DNA of 64,000 bases from Vermamoeba vermiformis. Taxonomy: Eukaryota. A program made the position numbers and the translations under genes. The notes under the pieces are model-generated. The model searched no databases. It was not told where the DNA came from and worked only from the letters and a program-made list of their open reading frames with translations. The stretch is from contig JBEWZL010000109.1 of assembly GCA_045837725.1 (NCBI GenBank), forward strand, positions 248,001 to 312,000. Reading direction: 5' to 3'. Below, one piece after another: positions 12,577 through 27,333 of the stretch; within the stretch, counting starts at the first letter, position 1; each line of letters begins with the position of its first letter.

Positions 12577-12812
12577 ATTATTTCGAACTCATAGGAACGC
12601 AAAGATAGGCCCGATGTTTCAGACAGTTGGAGCGAAGCTACAAACTGCAACAAAAGGTTCAGTTGCCAGTATTCAAACGGACATTGCCTCGGGAGCGATG
12701 TGCATTAAAAGTTCTATTAACAAGTTTATTCTCTGATAATTACAAAAGTGGCTAATTTACATTAAATATTTACGACGCCAGTGGCGAGAATATTCTTTCA
12801 TAAATAGTTCTT

Positions 12813-14561
12813 TTAAGCATGAGGGTTGACTGTCAGTAGTTTTTCGACGGACTGCAGTCGTTGCAGTGTTGACTTGGACTCGAGCATTGCTTGCTTGACA
12901 TCTGTTGACACGGGCATCAGCGAGGCTAACCAGAACGAGAAAGCTTGGTTATCGGCAGGCATCTCGTGCAAAACTTGTTTGACGATTTGCGCGAACTTGC
13001 CGAGGCCTCCACAAGCGTGTTGTGTGTTTGCAATGTTGACAATGACGTGTCTCAATTTGTCAGCGGTGGCTTTTTCAAGATCAGCGTGAGCAGGCTGTGG
13101 TTGGTCATTGAGCCACTCGACTTTGGCGCAAATATAACCGTCTGTGAACCAACTGTCGTTCATTTTGAATCGTCGGCCAGCCTTTGTGTTGATGTAACTG
13201 CGTCCATCTTCCAGACTGAAGGATTGCAAGTCAATTAATTGCTCGTCGTATAACCGTAATGGTATTCAATACTTACACATGAACTTCTTTGATTTCTAAA
13301 CACGTGCCCACTGTGTAGGGCTTCCACGCTCCGTTTTCAAAGCGACAGTTCACGAGGCCAAATCTAAATAGGCACGGTTAATAAGGGGCGGCATGTGCTA
13401 TATTAGTGACTGATAACGTACTTTCTATCTCCTTCCATGCACCTCCTGATCATCAGTCTGTAACGAGGCTCGAAGATGTGCATTGGGAACTCTTGTCCGG
13501 GGAACACGACTGAGTTGAGTGTGAATATTGGCATACTAGCAATGCGTTGTTAATATCAATGACATATTATAATATAGCCAAGGTCTGGTACTTACTTTTC
13601 TTCTGTTTGTGAGTTTTCTGAATTGACTTCGGCTAAGCGCTGGTTGTACTCTTCAGGGAAGTTCTTTTCGATAATAGTCTTGAGGGTAATATTAACGGGA
13701 TGATCTTTGGCTACATGAAGGACAGTCCTATACGGAGATGTTAGTGCGCGATTCATATGTCGCGTGGGATCTGTTGAGTACGTGCCTGCACATGGGGCAT
13801 TGAGGTGTGTGATCGACAGCGCGCGCGAGGCAAGGTTTGCAAAAAGTGTGACCACATGGCGTAGTAACGGGGTTGTAGAATAGTTTCATGCATAAGACAC
13901 ATTCAAAATCGTCGCTGACTTGGCGCACTAGATCAGATTCAAAAGAGTTAACTAAAACTCCGTAACACTTGTGTTTTGGTCTGAATGACTTCTACTTACG
14001 TTTTCTACCAATTCCAAGCGATTTGATTTTGGCGTTAACTTCTTCTAGCGAAACGGTAATTGTCTCGTTACTCGGATCTAGGTCATGCGCCCTTGACAAA
14101 ACTGTTTTGGCCTCTTCATATTTATCCAGGAGGAATAGCGCCACTCCTTTGCGGTGGTATCCCTTGGCCCAACCAGGATTTATTTTGATTGACTAAAAGT
14201 TCGTGGTTAGTTCAGATCCGGCAACGTTGAGAGAAAATTTTGTGACACGTTAATCTCGAGTACCGGAGTTGTGCCGAATAGACCCATAGTAAATTTTACG
14301 TGCACAGACATAATAGGGTCGGTTAAACGCTCTAGAGCAGAATTAAAAATTCTTGCACGCGAATCTGCTTACCATATCCGCGTCGGACAAAGCCAATTCA
14401 TAATTCTTCAGTTGAATATGTACTGCTGATCTATTGCTGTACAATATATAATTTTGGGGATCGAGTTGCAAGGCATGTGAATAGAGTTCTAGTGCCTGTG
14501 GATATTGCTGCGCTTTGAATGCGTTATTGCCTTGTTCTTTTAATACTTCGACGGCTTGCAT
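12813..14561 (-). CDS. TPR-RING-LON substrate-binding domain E3 ligase (LONRF-like)
   Basis: TPRs (KEQGNNAFK...LYSNRSA, WAKGYHR), RING CVLCMKLFYNPVTTPCGHTFCKPCL...CPMCR, LON domain VVFPGQEFPMHIFEPRYRLMIRRCM...DGRS...DGYICAKVE. Confidence 0.93.
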
Positions 14562-15189
14562 AGTACTATAATTCTTTCTTTGACTTGCGTGTTGTTGCGA
14601 ACCTTGATGAAAAGCAATCTAATTTAAGTAGCGTGAGCAGGAGTTCTAATCGTAAAATTACAAAAAAGGAAAATAGATCGAGTGCGCCGTCGCGACACTT
14701 ATCGCAACAAGGAAACACCCATTCAAAAACGAAGAAAATGAACTCCGTAATATCGTGACGTCATGCATTTTACGTTATTTGGTGGGGTGAAAGTCCGAAA
14801 AAGCGGAGGCAAATTAGAAATTCAATTCGATCAGCATTTTCTGGCGTTCTCGCCAAATGAATGAAATATTTTAGCAATATTATTAAAGGAGAATTATATA
14901 GTGCAAGTTTAATTATTTTTTTTGTTTTTGAATGGGTGTCTTTAAGTTGGAAAGGGCACATCTAGAATTATTATGTTACTCACCAAAGAGACCAATACCA
15001 ATGTTGAGTACACCGAATTGATTGAATTCACTCGTGTCAAGTATTTAAAACCGGCAAACTTCCAAAAGATCTGTGTTTGTGCGGTGATAACTTCGCTCAA
15101 AATTGTTGCTGCCTTTTCGTGTTGGCTTTGCTTATAGACGAACACACGAGGCAAATTGATAGTCCTGCTTTTATATAACACATTTCAAA

Positions 15190-15870
15190 ATGGCTATGCA
15201 CTTTTGCCCTGAGTGGTAAGTAGCACGCGTAGCACGCGTAGCACGCACTAGCGATCTGTCGACACGCGCGTTGCCGATCGACTAAATTAATGATTAGAGC
15301 AGCACTAATATTTGTATTATAGTAATAATATGCTTTATCCTCGTGAAGATAAAGGAAGGAAGAAATTAGAGTTGTTTTGTAAAATCTGCAACTTGGTTAA
15401 CGAAGCCACCGACCAGTGCGTATATGTAAATAATATTAAAGAGCTCGAAGAGTAAGTAAAAACATTTAATATAATATTTGAAGCGGTTGTAGCATTTAAA
15501 TAATTTTTTCTTATTTTTAAAAATTGACTTTTTTCCACTTTTTCTTAACGACCTAATAATGCCCGCAAAAGTAGTAAAAAATATTTTAAGCGCGCATTTG
15601 CATAACAATAATATTAATCCACAATTATTAGGCAAAAGGTTATCCCTTGGAACGATATTCCTTACGATCCGACATTGCCGCGTACTTACAATACTCGTTG
15701 TGGCAAATGCAAGAATAGAGAAGCAGTGTTCTTACAGGTGAGTGCTCGAATATTGACGACTTAATCATTCGCGTTATTGACATGAATTACAGATCAACTC
15801 AATGGATGGTGTTACGCTGTACTATGTTTGTGCTAACCCAAGCTGTGGTAATCGATGGACAGAGCAATAA
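15190..15870 (+). CDS. RPB9: RNA polymerase II subunit RPB9 (POLR2I)
   Basis: MHFCPEC/NNMLYPREDK..KLELFCKIC; DPTLPRT...CGKCKNREAVFLQ; LYYVCANPSCGNRW. Four exons; not shown correctly in the ORF track. Confidence 0.93.
15221..15250. repeat. Short tandem repeat (TAGCACGCG)x~3 in RPB9 intron 1
   Basis: tagcacgcg-tagcacgcg-tagcacgca directly after the gtaag donor. Confidence 0.7.
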
Positions 15871-16156
15871 AAAGATATTGTTGGGAACGTAATACAATAA
15901 CACGATGAGAAGCAGCTCTAAGACGCGTACTAGCTAAATCCACATCTGTACAACTAAAATTGTAAATAAAAACTTAAAAATGTACAATCAATAGTAATTT
16001 CCTTAAGATCACATGCATTAGCACTTGCTAAATCGTGTAACGCCGCGGAGCGGGATATCTTTGTCACCGGATGTGCTTTTTTGCTCTACTGCACGTTTGA
16101 AGAACAACATGGGATACAATCGTTCAAAATCAAGATATTGAGCGAATACATATAAT

Positions 16157-19100
16157 ATGGCGGAGATTGGACACGGGCAGTACGTCCAACTTTGTTGCAA
16201 AAACGAAATATTGATTTATTTTAATACAGATCCGTCACAAATATTAATAATATACTTGAAGAGTGGTCTAAAATCAAGAATAAATTATTAGAGGACGTAA
16301 GTACCACAATCATGTCAGATTGCAATTTATGCGATCTGGCGCAGCAGAATATTTATTGAGCAAATTAATAACATTATTTTAATTGTGTGACAATATATGA
16401 TGCATTTATTCGTCATTTTAAAATATACCAGCTATTCAATATTTTTGAGGATTCTATTGAATTTTCTAACATTGGCAAACAGAAAAACGCTAGCGAGATA
16501 ATCTGCAGCTTATACAATCATTTTTTACAAGCGAAAAGTGATGAGTAAGTATCAAAATTCCATGAACACTCGATCTTACAGTTCAATAGATCCTCGAGAG
16601 CCACGAGCTTAGCCCGCGAATTGTTTGAAGAACTATATCGCATTACAAAACAATTTAATACTCAGCAAGATGGAGGGACCTCATTATTCAATTTTCTTGG
16701 CAGCAGAACAGGGGTTTATTTAATTAGTTTATTGGAGCATTTAAGCCACGAGGTATGTTTACGTCTCTATTGATGCCGTATATTAACTATTCTAATATAG
16801 CCCGATATTAAATTTAAACGAGACTGGCTGGTAGAGTACACGAAAGCAATTGTTAGTTTATTGGCATTGCCTTCAATATACGCTAGTTCAGCTGAAAGTA
16901 ACCCCTCACGATCACAATTAAACAAAGCAAAAGAAGAGTTGCAGCAACTGCCACAACAGTTTGCATCATACACAATCCAATCACTCGACAAATTATACGC
17001 CGATCAATTATCACCACTGCCTCAAAACTTTGCGTTTGTTGCAGACACTTTGACGATAAGATCGAGTGCACTCAGCACATCAAATGCGAATATATTTGCG
17101 GATGACAACTCGATTCAACTCGTTGGATGTTTGTCGTATCATCTATTGTCGATCTTGTTCAATCTTTGCGCCAGTTCAGTGCGAACGGCCGATGAATTGA
17201 TATCAAGTGAAGAGGCTGTAGATCATTTATTAGCCATTTTGGCGGTCAAACCACAGTTAGTCGATTTTGGATTGTTTTTCGTGCAGCAACAACTAATACG
17301 TACACTTGCACGAGCCATACTAAGCCTGTGTCAAGATTTTAACAAATACAACCACTCGTTTCACAAAAGTGTAAGTGGATTACTACAATAGTCAGTACCG
17401 TACTGATAATTAATTTAGGGAGTGATCACTAAACTGGTATCAAATCTTCGGAGTGCAACACAGTTGCCGAGTGTGATTTGTGTCGAGTTAGCTCAAGTTA
17501 TTGTCTACACGATCAAGATAGTATCACCTTCGTCTGACAAGCTGATCAACGAATTTGTCAAGTCTGACGGCTATTCTACAATTGCTGACAATCTCTTAGT
17601 TGTCGGTAACTCGACTACGAAGGAACTACAGGTACGCACTATTATAATCTAACCGCTGGTCTCACGGTTATGTAGGAGCGGTACATTGCCATTTTGTGCC
17701 ATCTGCTGTTTGTTGGCAAGAAGAGCTCTGAATCACTGGTTGATATCTTGGCAAGGAACATTAGCGCACTCAATATCTTTTTGTGCGTGTTCACCGAGAC
17801 CAAGTCGGACAGACTGAAGACAGTACTGGTTCGTGTGATATTCGAAACCATCACTCTAATTGCCGAGAGATATGGTACGTACAGCACTGTGGATGCATGT
17901 TCTCCTAACGATTAGTAGATTTGTGCAAGGACTTAGAGCCCTTTCAAGTCGTGTTCATGCAGTTTGACCAACTGCCTTCGATTGATCAAAAGCAAGTTCT
18001 CGCCACGATGGTTGCCGTGCTATCAAAGAGCTCGTTGTTTCCTCCAGAGCTTCGCGCATTTGTGCAGCTATTGTCAAGCAAGAAAGCTGGCACACCGGCC
18101 ATGATACTGGACAATCTAACTACGTTGCTTGCGCAAAAGAAGCTTCGACGGTCTGAGCTGAACAAAGCAGGACTGCTCGATGCGCTAGTTGAGTTTATTG
18201 GCACGAGCTCTGTCGACGCGGAATTGTTGCGTAAAGCTCTTAAGGTGTTGAGGTTGATGCTCAACGGCCATTCACAGAACCAGCTCTATTTTGCTATGAG
18301 GTAAGACTTAATATTTGGCCTATAATGATCTAACAACTGTGCAGGGGCGGTGTCACCAAACTGCAGAACTATCTCTCCGACAACAACTTTCGACGCGACG
18401 TGCTGCATGTGATCGCAATCATTGCTCTCGGCGAAGTCACCTCACAATCGAAGATCGTATTCGATCTCATTCAAGTCTTGCAGTCTTCTGGTGGAACAGC
18501 AGCCATTGACACGGAAACTATCAACAAGCGAAAAGATATCCTGTCAGTGTTGAGTTACATTTTTTCAAACAACCCAGCAATTAGAGAGTCATTCAGAATC
18601 GGAGGCGGTTTTGTTTGGATCATTTCTGTACTCGGCGGACTTGGACGCAGCATTGATGAAGTCACGAACCGAGATGAAATCTACTCGTTTGTGCTGCTAT
18701 TAATCGAAGTATTGGTGAATACGATGCGAGGAAATATAATCAATCAAGCGTACATGCGCGATGAAATTGGCTATCAAACAATATTGGATGCACTCACAGC
18801 ATTGCGAATAGCCGAGCAAGGACAGTACCAGGTGCCATTAATTTCAGCGCTACTGAGCTTATCAGTTAGCGGTGGATGGCCTGGAAACTGCGGAGGACAC
18901 AATGGATCATTCGATGAAACAGATGCCCTTTCTATTGTTCACTTGCATCACTGGGCACGCGACTTCTCAACATTGAAGCACTTTGTCAAAACGTCGCTCG
19001 TCACGACCAAAGACAGATCACACTTGTGCTCGAAGTGCAAAGATGAGTTGACGATAGACGCACCCGAGCTATTGGAAATGACGTTTAACTTACTCATCAA

Positions 19101-22100
19101 GAGGGACTCCGAGAAGAACGAGGCTACTGAAGGTGATGGTGCTGCGATAGGCCCAGAGATGCTCCAACTGGACGATAACTTCAATGACATCGATTCAATC
19201 GAAGAGTCTAACCTTGGCCTGTACTTGATTGTGCAAGCACTTCGGCTATTGACCACACTTCACTTGGCCAATCGCGTCGTCTTGGCCAAACACAGTTTCG
19301 TTGGCTTGTTTTTGAACAACTTCAAGAGTGCGCTGATTTCTCATCCAAACACTCGAGAGCAAGCTAGGTTCCAGTTCATGTTGTTGGAGCTACTGAAAGA
19401 TGCAGCACAATTTCACATCACACCAGAAGAACTGAAGAAATGCTTCTGTCTGCTCCGTGAAGACCCACCAGCCTTGTTTTTGGAGACTCTCAATCAAATA
19501 TTTAAGCGCGGAAATGCACCAAGTCACATCTCTCATTTTCCTCGAAGGTAAGTTTAGCCTTTAATAAGACCTATATCGGCCATGTTCCCCCCATTGATTC
19601 CCGGTGTATCAAATGGGGTTTTAGCCGGCCGTAGATAATTCCCTGCAAATTCTGTTTCTCCTAACTTGAAAACCACAGGAAAAATGTTTTGATCAAGTCG
19701 CCGTTAATCGAAGAGAAGAACTGGCCACCACTGCAAGGCTTTAGTGTCGGCTTTTGGTTCCAAGTTATTAACCAAGGCGAGACTTTTGGCGAGCGTAAAC
19801 CAATCACCCTTATAACGCTAGACTCGAAAACCAAAGCGGGAAAGTTTGAAGTTGTCTTCTACAAGGGCCTCATTACTGTGCGGTCTGCTGCCGCTCACAG
19901 TATCACTTTCACCGATTTTATGTTTAAGGAAGATCGGTGGTATCATCTTGCTCTTATTCACACGTCAAAAGAGCAAATCAAGTTGTATGTGGATGGCATT
20001 CTCTACAAGCAAACTACACTGGCGTACCCGAGTTCACATCACGTGACATTTTCATGCGTGTTTGGCACACCGGGTGGTGACCCTAACAACACCCCGACCG
20101 TATCTTGGAGCTTAGGAAACTTCTACTTGTTTGACATGCCGCTAGAGTACGTATTGCTACAAGCATCTAATTGAGCTTCTCTAACGCACGAGCAGTGATG
20201 TCGAGGTATTCTTGTGCTACTGCTTGGGTCCCAATTACGTTGGTACATTGCAACAGACACAAATGGGCTGGTTTCAAGTGTTTGATATCATCAACGCACG
20301 TAATCTAAGTAAGTGTCAAGTTCTGCCAATACGTTAATTAATGGTTCGTAGCGATGCACAAAGGCCGATTGCAACTGGTAACACATTTGAGCAAATCAAG
20401 TCTGGCTTCTATCAAAGAGAAGATAGTTCTGTTGTACAGCGCCAAAAATATGGTGTTCGGTAAGCAGCCCTTGTTACAGTGTTTGCAATTGCTAACCGAA
20501 TAACAGCTGGTCCTGACATTAAGATTCGTGCAACAAAAGTGATGACACCACAAAAGCTGCCGCTGTCACCTGTTGTCCGAGCTTCTCAAGCAATAGAACT
20601 GAACTCATTCGTCGAGTACTCACCCGTCATCATCGGTGATGTTCTACGCATCGTTCAAATGAGCGCCAAAGAGTGCCTTCAATCAGTTGGTGGTGTTTCC
20701 CTCATTATCTACTTGTTTGGAGTCTGCAAAACAAAAGAACATCAATTGGCTGCTCTGCGATTACTGAAAACATCGCTCGAATGGAGTGCTACAAACGTGC
20801 GAGAAATGTCGTCCATGGGTGGTTACGAGATAATTTCCAAGTTAATTCGCAAACGATACACCGTGCCCGATGAAGACCTGTTGGAAGTACTATTCGCATT
20901 TTGTGGTCTTCGCAGGTCATCACGAGACGAGACATTCTCGGCAGGAGTCATTCAAGATCTCAACGCTTTGCACAATTTCATCCTTGATTGGAATTTGTGG
21001 AAGAAATCCTCGGTTCAAGTTCAAGCTCTACTGTTCTTGGTAAGTTAACACAATTCTCAATGTAAACTATGAGCTTCTAACATGTGTTAGTCCCTATCAC
21101 GGTGCGTGTTAACACACGAACTCGCCTCCATTCACGCGCACAGACTCCGCAATGCAGATGTCGTACCGACAGTGCTACGTATCTTAGAAGAAGATCAATT
21201 GACGGGCGTGCCAGCGCGCTATGCCGTAGAGCTATTGGGACCTTTGGCACCCCCTAGTCCGTTTGACGCAGCAAGCAATGACCAGTCCTTGGTCCCTCTA
21301 AATCAATTGTTTGCTTTCCTCTTAGCCAGTCATTCAGCCGAAACAAGTCAAGCCCCGCTGAATTGTCCTCTCGAAGCCATACACCGCAGCCCTATGCCAC
21401 TTACACGTGTTACTGGCACAACACCACCAACTCTCAAGTCACTGCGCAGCGCAGAAGGGGCCGAAGAGACACCACTCGAACAAATTCGTGAAAAACGAGA
21501 CCTCGTCTTGAATTTGCTACTTGGTACGTACCCGATCAAACACTTAAGAACGAGCTAACATCGAGTAGAAACACTCAAGAAGTGTCCTTCTGAGGTCGTT
21601 GTTCCGTTCTTCGAGCAGACTATGACGATCGAAGTCATGTTTGCTTTGATGCAAACCCGTGACGAGTCCACTTTAGTGCTGCTTCTCCGCGTACTTGAAG
21701 TACTTTTGCGTGACCCGAAGAACGTTGCTCGCTTCAAGCGCACGTACGGTTTTGATCTGCTTAGGCTATCACTTGCGATCATACGCCGTGAGCACCGACG
21801 TGTTTGGCGTGCTCTTCAGCATTGCTATAGGAAAGTCTGACACTTTCACTGGCCTCAATGTTTCTTCAGTACAGAGTTTCTTGCATTTTACGAACCAAAA
21901 ACAAGGACAGGTATGTTATAGCCACTCGAGTGCAGAAAATATTAACCAGTTCTAGGAACCCCTCAAACTCGAACATCCCGAGGCATTAAGTTCTATTCTG
22001 ATTGCAGCCACATCATGCCACATCGCGCCAGACGTTCAACACTCAGTAATCAAAGTGATTCACGACTTGTTCCTTCAAAACGATGCTATTAAGGGCCAAA

Positions 22101-25100
22101 TGATCAATGGAGGAATCATCGAATTGTTGTGTCACTTGTTGGTATCTACATTCGAGCACAAGCAAGCACTCTTTGCAAAGGGATTATCAAGTACGTCAAA
22201 CACATCACTATTATCGCTGTAAATTCAAACTTTTGTGCAGGCGAGGACTTGGAACATCATTGGGAGATCGAGATTGACGTGCTTGGGCTGTTAAATGCCA
22301 TTGCGCTTTATGGCTTTATGTCTCCATTCGGCCAAGTACTCACTGAAGAGATTTTAGTCGCGTTGCACGTCTTGCCTTTTCCGTTTGACTATAGCGTCGC
22401 ACTTCAACGTCGTGTCCTCTATGACGTACTGGACTTCTTCAACAAGAGCCAGTCTGCCGACCAGAAGTTGGCAATTCAGGTCGAAAAGTTGCTGGAGCTT
22501 TCTGTCACATGCATGCTGTTCTTATCAACCAAAACAGCGCAGCAAGAGAAGTTGCGAAGGTCAAAGGCGTACAAATACAAGATGCGCAATCCTTCTGCGT
22601 CTCCTCTCGGTTCTTCTGATATGTCGCTTACGCAGTCAGTCGATCGTAGCCTTTCTCTCTCGGACCCAACAAAGTACATGAAAAGAGAGAACTCCCTGAA
22701 AGTTTTGCCAAGCAGTAAAGCACAAGTCAATCCAAGCAAATTTACTAACGATGACATAGTGCGGAAACGAGTGTCAGAAAGTGGCGATTTTAGTTTGAAC
22801 AAAACGCTCCCTGCTGATTTCAGTGAATCGGAAGACGAAGACAGTATGAGCGAGCTCGTGCAAGCGTCCAAGTACTTGAACATTCCAGTAACAATTGCAC
22901 CAAACAAGACACCGACTTCATCGCCTCGAGCTGATCGTAGTAGGCCAACAACTCCGCGCAAGGAAGAAAGTAATACAAATATCCCGCCGGATAGTCCTTC
23001 AGAAGTCAAGAAATCAACGGACGGATTCACAACCCCACCTAATGAACTTGCAGACTCGGGTTACATGAGCGCTCCAATGACACCAAGAACAGCCGCCAAG
23101 GCACAATCAGACTTGGAAGAGTTCATCGAATCAACGAAGATTCTCACCAAAGAATCGGAGTTTGTTCGAGTGATGTTCACTATGTTCATGAGCATCTTGA
23201 AGAAAAAGAAGTCAGGCTCGCTGTTGCGAAAGCTTTATTCCAAGGCAATCTCATCATCGGACCGTGACCTCAGCTGGTTCTTTGAAAGATTTATCATCCA
23301 CTCGTTGACGACCTACAAGAGCCCTCAGACCCTCAAGATGACACTCGAACTCATCCCGCAAATTAACATGGAGATATTTAACTCAGACCGAGACACGTAC
23401 TGCCGCATTCTTCTCTACTCATCACCTTTGCTGTCACGCGATGGTGTGCAGCTCGAGTGTTGGGAGGTACGTCAGTCACACCTGTTTGTGATTTGGTACT
23501 AATGCAATGGAACAGATGTGGAAAATGCTTGCAAAGAAAAAGATTGTGTCGGAGTTGATGATGTTCCCTGAAGACACACCAATCGATTTGCTAGGTCCTG
23601 GCGATGAGGGAGAGTTGATTTTGATGACCGAAGTCGTGAACACTGTCGGAAAGCTTGAGAAACGTGATGCTGGCATGGTCAAGGTAAGTTTCACACCTGT
23701 AATGAAGCACACCTAACCACTGGCAACAGGAAGTCACGCAGGTCTTAATCGACTTTGTAAATAAGGCGCGATCTGTCGTGCGTAGCCGATCGGATTTCTT
23801 GCGACAGATCTCATCGACGTTCTCCAACAAATTCATCACCGCTCAGCACGCATTGACCAAGCCATTAATGGACTTCATCAAAGAGTTGATGGAGCGAAGC
23901 AAGAAGACGCGTCAACAATGGAAAAAGTTGTTGAAACGTGTTCGTCCGGACAGGTCGCCGTGGGCAGTTCATCCGAGCCTCATTCGATGGGAACTGGATC
24001 CGACAGAAGGTACGGAGTTTTTGTGAAAAAGATGATTTATCTAACGGCTAATCAGGTCCAATGCGCATGAGACTGAGGTTGAGAAAAGTATGGGCCAATC
24101 ACCATCCGATTTTGGGAGCGACTTACACGCAACGTGATGGCATTTCTTCTGGTCCTAGCAGTGCAAATCTCAGTGCTGGAGACCTCGATGACGCACCTAA
24201 AATTGATCCCACGAATCTTTACTTGGACTACAGTACGTTAACTAGTCTTCACTTCTCATCACAAATTAATCTTTGGATTAGATATCCCGCAACAACTAAT
24301 TGACGACATGAACTGGATTGAAAGCTTGTGCGATGACAACGAGGACTTTGAAATGGACACTAATTTCTTAGAACACGAACTTCAACCTGGCGATCAAATC
24401 ATTTCAACGTACAAATGCGCTAGCATCACGCCGTTCCATAAGCGCGATGGTGAAATTTTGATTGGCTCTTTCAACGCCTACTTCATTGACTCGCACAGGT
24501 TCCAGACTACAGTAAGTGGCGGGTCTTTATCCTAAAGGAAGACGTCTAATAATAGCAGGCCGAACGACGTCGCAAGATCACGTCAGTCCGCAAGCACTTG
24601 ATATTCCCGTACGACGAAATTGAGGCCATTCACAAGCGCAGATATTTGTTGAAGAACAGCGCACTCGAGATTTTTTTGATCAATGGCCGCACGTACTTAA
24701 TGGCCTTTGAAAAGGAGGCCGAAAGAGACAGTGTTTATGAATCAGTAAGTTAACAAAATATTTATTCGCGGCCTTACTCATCCGTGCTTTAGTTGACTAA
24801 GATGGAGATGATCAACTTTGTGGACTACGAGAATTCAGCTGAAGCTTTGAAGGCTGACTTGACCAAACGTTGGCAGCGAGGACGCATCACCAACTTTGAA
24901 TACTTGATGCATTTGAACACCTTGGCCGGCAGATCATTTAACGACCTCACGCAGTACCCCGTATTCCCGTTCATCTTGAGCAAGTACAAGAAGTCAAGAG
25001 AGCTGAATGTCAATGATCCCAACAACTATCGTAATCTGAGTAAGCCTATGGGAGCTCAGACCGAAGAACGGCTGCAAAAGTTCATTGAGAAATACAAGGC

Positions 25101-27160
25101 CTTAGTCGAGATGGTACGAAGTTAAGAATACTCACCTTGCACATATTAACTCGTGTTGTCAGGGTGAACCACCATTCTTGTATGGTTCGCACTATTCAAA
25201 TATCGGCACTGTACTCCACTTTTTGGTTCGTCTTGAGCCTTTCAGTCGATATTTCGTCGAGTTCCAAGGAGGAAAATTTGATGTTCCTGGTATGTATCAA
25301 GTTATTACATATTGCACACAACTAATGGTTATCTAGATCGAGTATTCCATAGCTTGGACACGACATGGGAGCTCTCGAGCGCCATGTCAACGAGTGACGT
25401 GAAAGAGCTTGTGCCTGAGTTCTTCTATTTGCCAGAGTTCCTAGTCAACAACAACGGCTTCAAACTGGGCACTAAGCAAGACGGACAAGTCGTCAACAAT
25501 GTCATTTTGCCTTACTGGGCCAAGGGTGATGCACGAGAGTTTATTGAACGTCACCGCGAGGCCATGGAGAGCCGCTTTGTCTCCGAGAACTTGCACAATT
25601 GGATCGACCTGATGTTCGGATACAAACAAACTGGAGATGCCGCACTGAAGGCCCTGAACTTGTTCCATCCTCTCACTTACGAAGGCGCTGTTGATATTGA
25701 CAAGATCTCAGACCCAGTCATGCGTGCTGCAACAATCACGCAGATCAGCAACTACGGCCAAGCACCCAAACAGATCTTTAAGAAGCCTCATCCACCTCGC
25801 GGACTGGTGCCTGTCCCTAACGAGACGGTCTATTCAAACTATGACCGATTGTCACCACATCCATTGTACTCGCTCTCTGGTCAAGTGGGCTTTGTGGAGT
25901 ACGTGCGAGGCTCACCTGTAGCCCTCGGCATCAATAAGGTACTGTAACCCCAAAAAAAGTTTCAATGGAAACAAACACTAATATAATACAGTGCATTCTT
26001 TGGCCCTACGGTGAGCTGTGTTTGCAATGGGGTAACTGGGATGGATCGCTACGCATCACTTCGCTCAAAGAGAAGGGCCGTGTTGTCGATCAAATCGAAT
26101 CCTTTGAAATGTTCAACGACACAATCACAGCTGTCGACGTCAGTCGCAATGGCTGGTTGATAGCTGCTGGCTTCGAGTCCTCAGTGGTGCGCTTGTGGCG
26201 CAACAGACCTTACTCAATGAAGTACAGACAATTGCGCGGCGAGGACGTGTCTCCGCTCAAGTTAAAGTAAGTGATAGTCTATAATTGTCTCTGGGACAGT
26301 TTCTAACAAGATGTTAGGGCGAGTAGAATCAAAGCCGATAACATTGCACTTATCGCTGAGTTGAATGGACACGACGGCGCTGTAACGTGTCTCAAAGTGA
26401 GCTCTGATTGGTCACTCGTACTGAGTGGATCACGTGACGGCACAGTCATTGTGTGGGACAGCAATCACGCACGGTACATTCGACAGCTGCGACCTTTGCA
26501 CTCTGATGAGCCAGTTGTTGTGCCGAGCAAAGAAGCACCAATGAGCATTGACGAACTGTCGCTCATCAATACACTTTCAGCACACGACAGCAGCGCTGAG
26601 AACTCGTCCGCTGAAGTCTCGAGTGAAGCTTCACCGCGCGTGCCAAAGAACATCAGAAAAAGACCAACAGGCCCGCCTGAGCCTAATCTCGTCAACTTGG
26701 GCATCACAGCCGTGAACATTCATCCGTACACTGGTGAAATCATCACTGTGCTGGAGACCACCAAAGGCTCGTTGATTGATGTGTGGAGCATTAACGGTGA
26801 GAGATTGGCTAGTCAACTCAGTCCTGACCAGTAAGTCACTCGTGCTATCGATTCTCATTGGTGCATGTCTAATCGCTATTGCCTTATTTAGAGTGCTGTG
26901 CGTCACTTTCACGACTTGCAAACCAGGTCTCGGCGTCAACTTGCTGATCACTGGCCACATGTCAGGTGAAATCAAACTGTGGTCCATGCGCGACTTGACA
27001 CTCCTCAAATCACTGACGCGCAATGCGACACCTGTCACAGCGATCGGTGTGAGTCCCGATGACCTGTCAAATTGTCAGCGGCGACAGCTCGGGCATGCTT
27101 GTGGCTTACTTGGCCAAACCACTTGACCGACCACAATTGGGCCTCGAAGTCGGCTTGTAA
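16157..27160 (+). CDS. Large BEACH-domain protein, LYST/LvsB-like (ARM region, ConA/LamG-like, PH, BEACH, WD40); two apparent +1 frameshifts (~21761, ~27064)
   Basis: [13 protein letters not shown]...WYHLALIH...LYVDG (ConA-like); [30 protein letters not shown] (PH); [62 protein letters not shown] (BEACH); WD40 GHDGAVTCL...[12 protein letters not shown]. Start inferred by chaining exons upstream. Confidence 0.92.
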
Positions 27161-27333
27161 TATTAACGCAGCTATTCTTATAGCATCAAATACTCGATTA
27201 TTATGTACAGCATTCGAATTGTAAAAATAAAATCATTGTAACTACGAATTAAACCATAAAAGGGGCCTTGTTTGTGGATCTGCTACGAGGAAAATATACA
27301 TTTATATTACATGCGGTGATAATACTAATCTTC

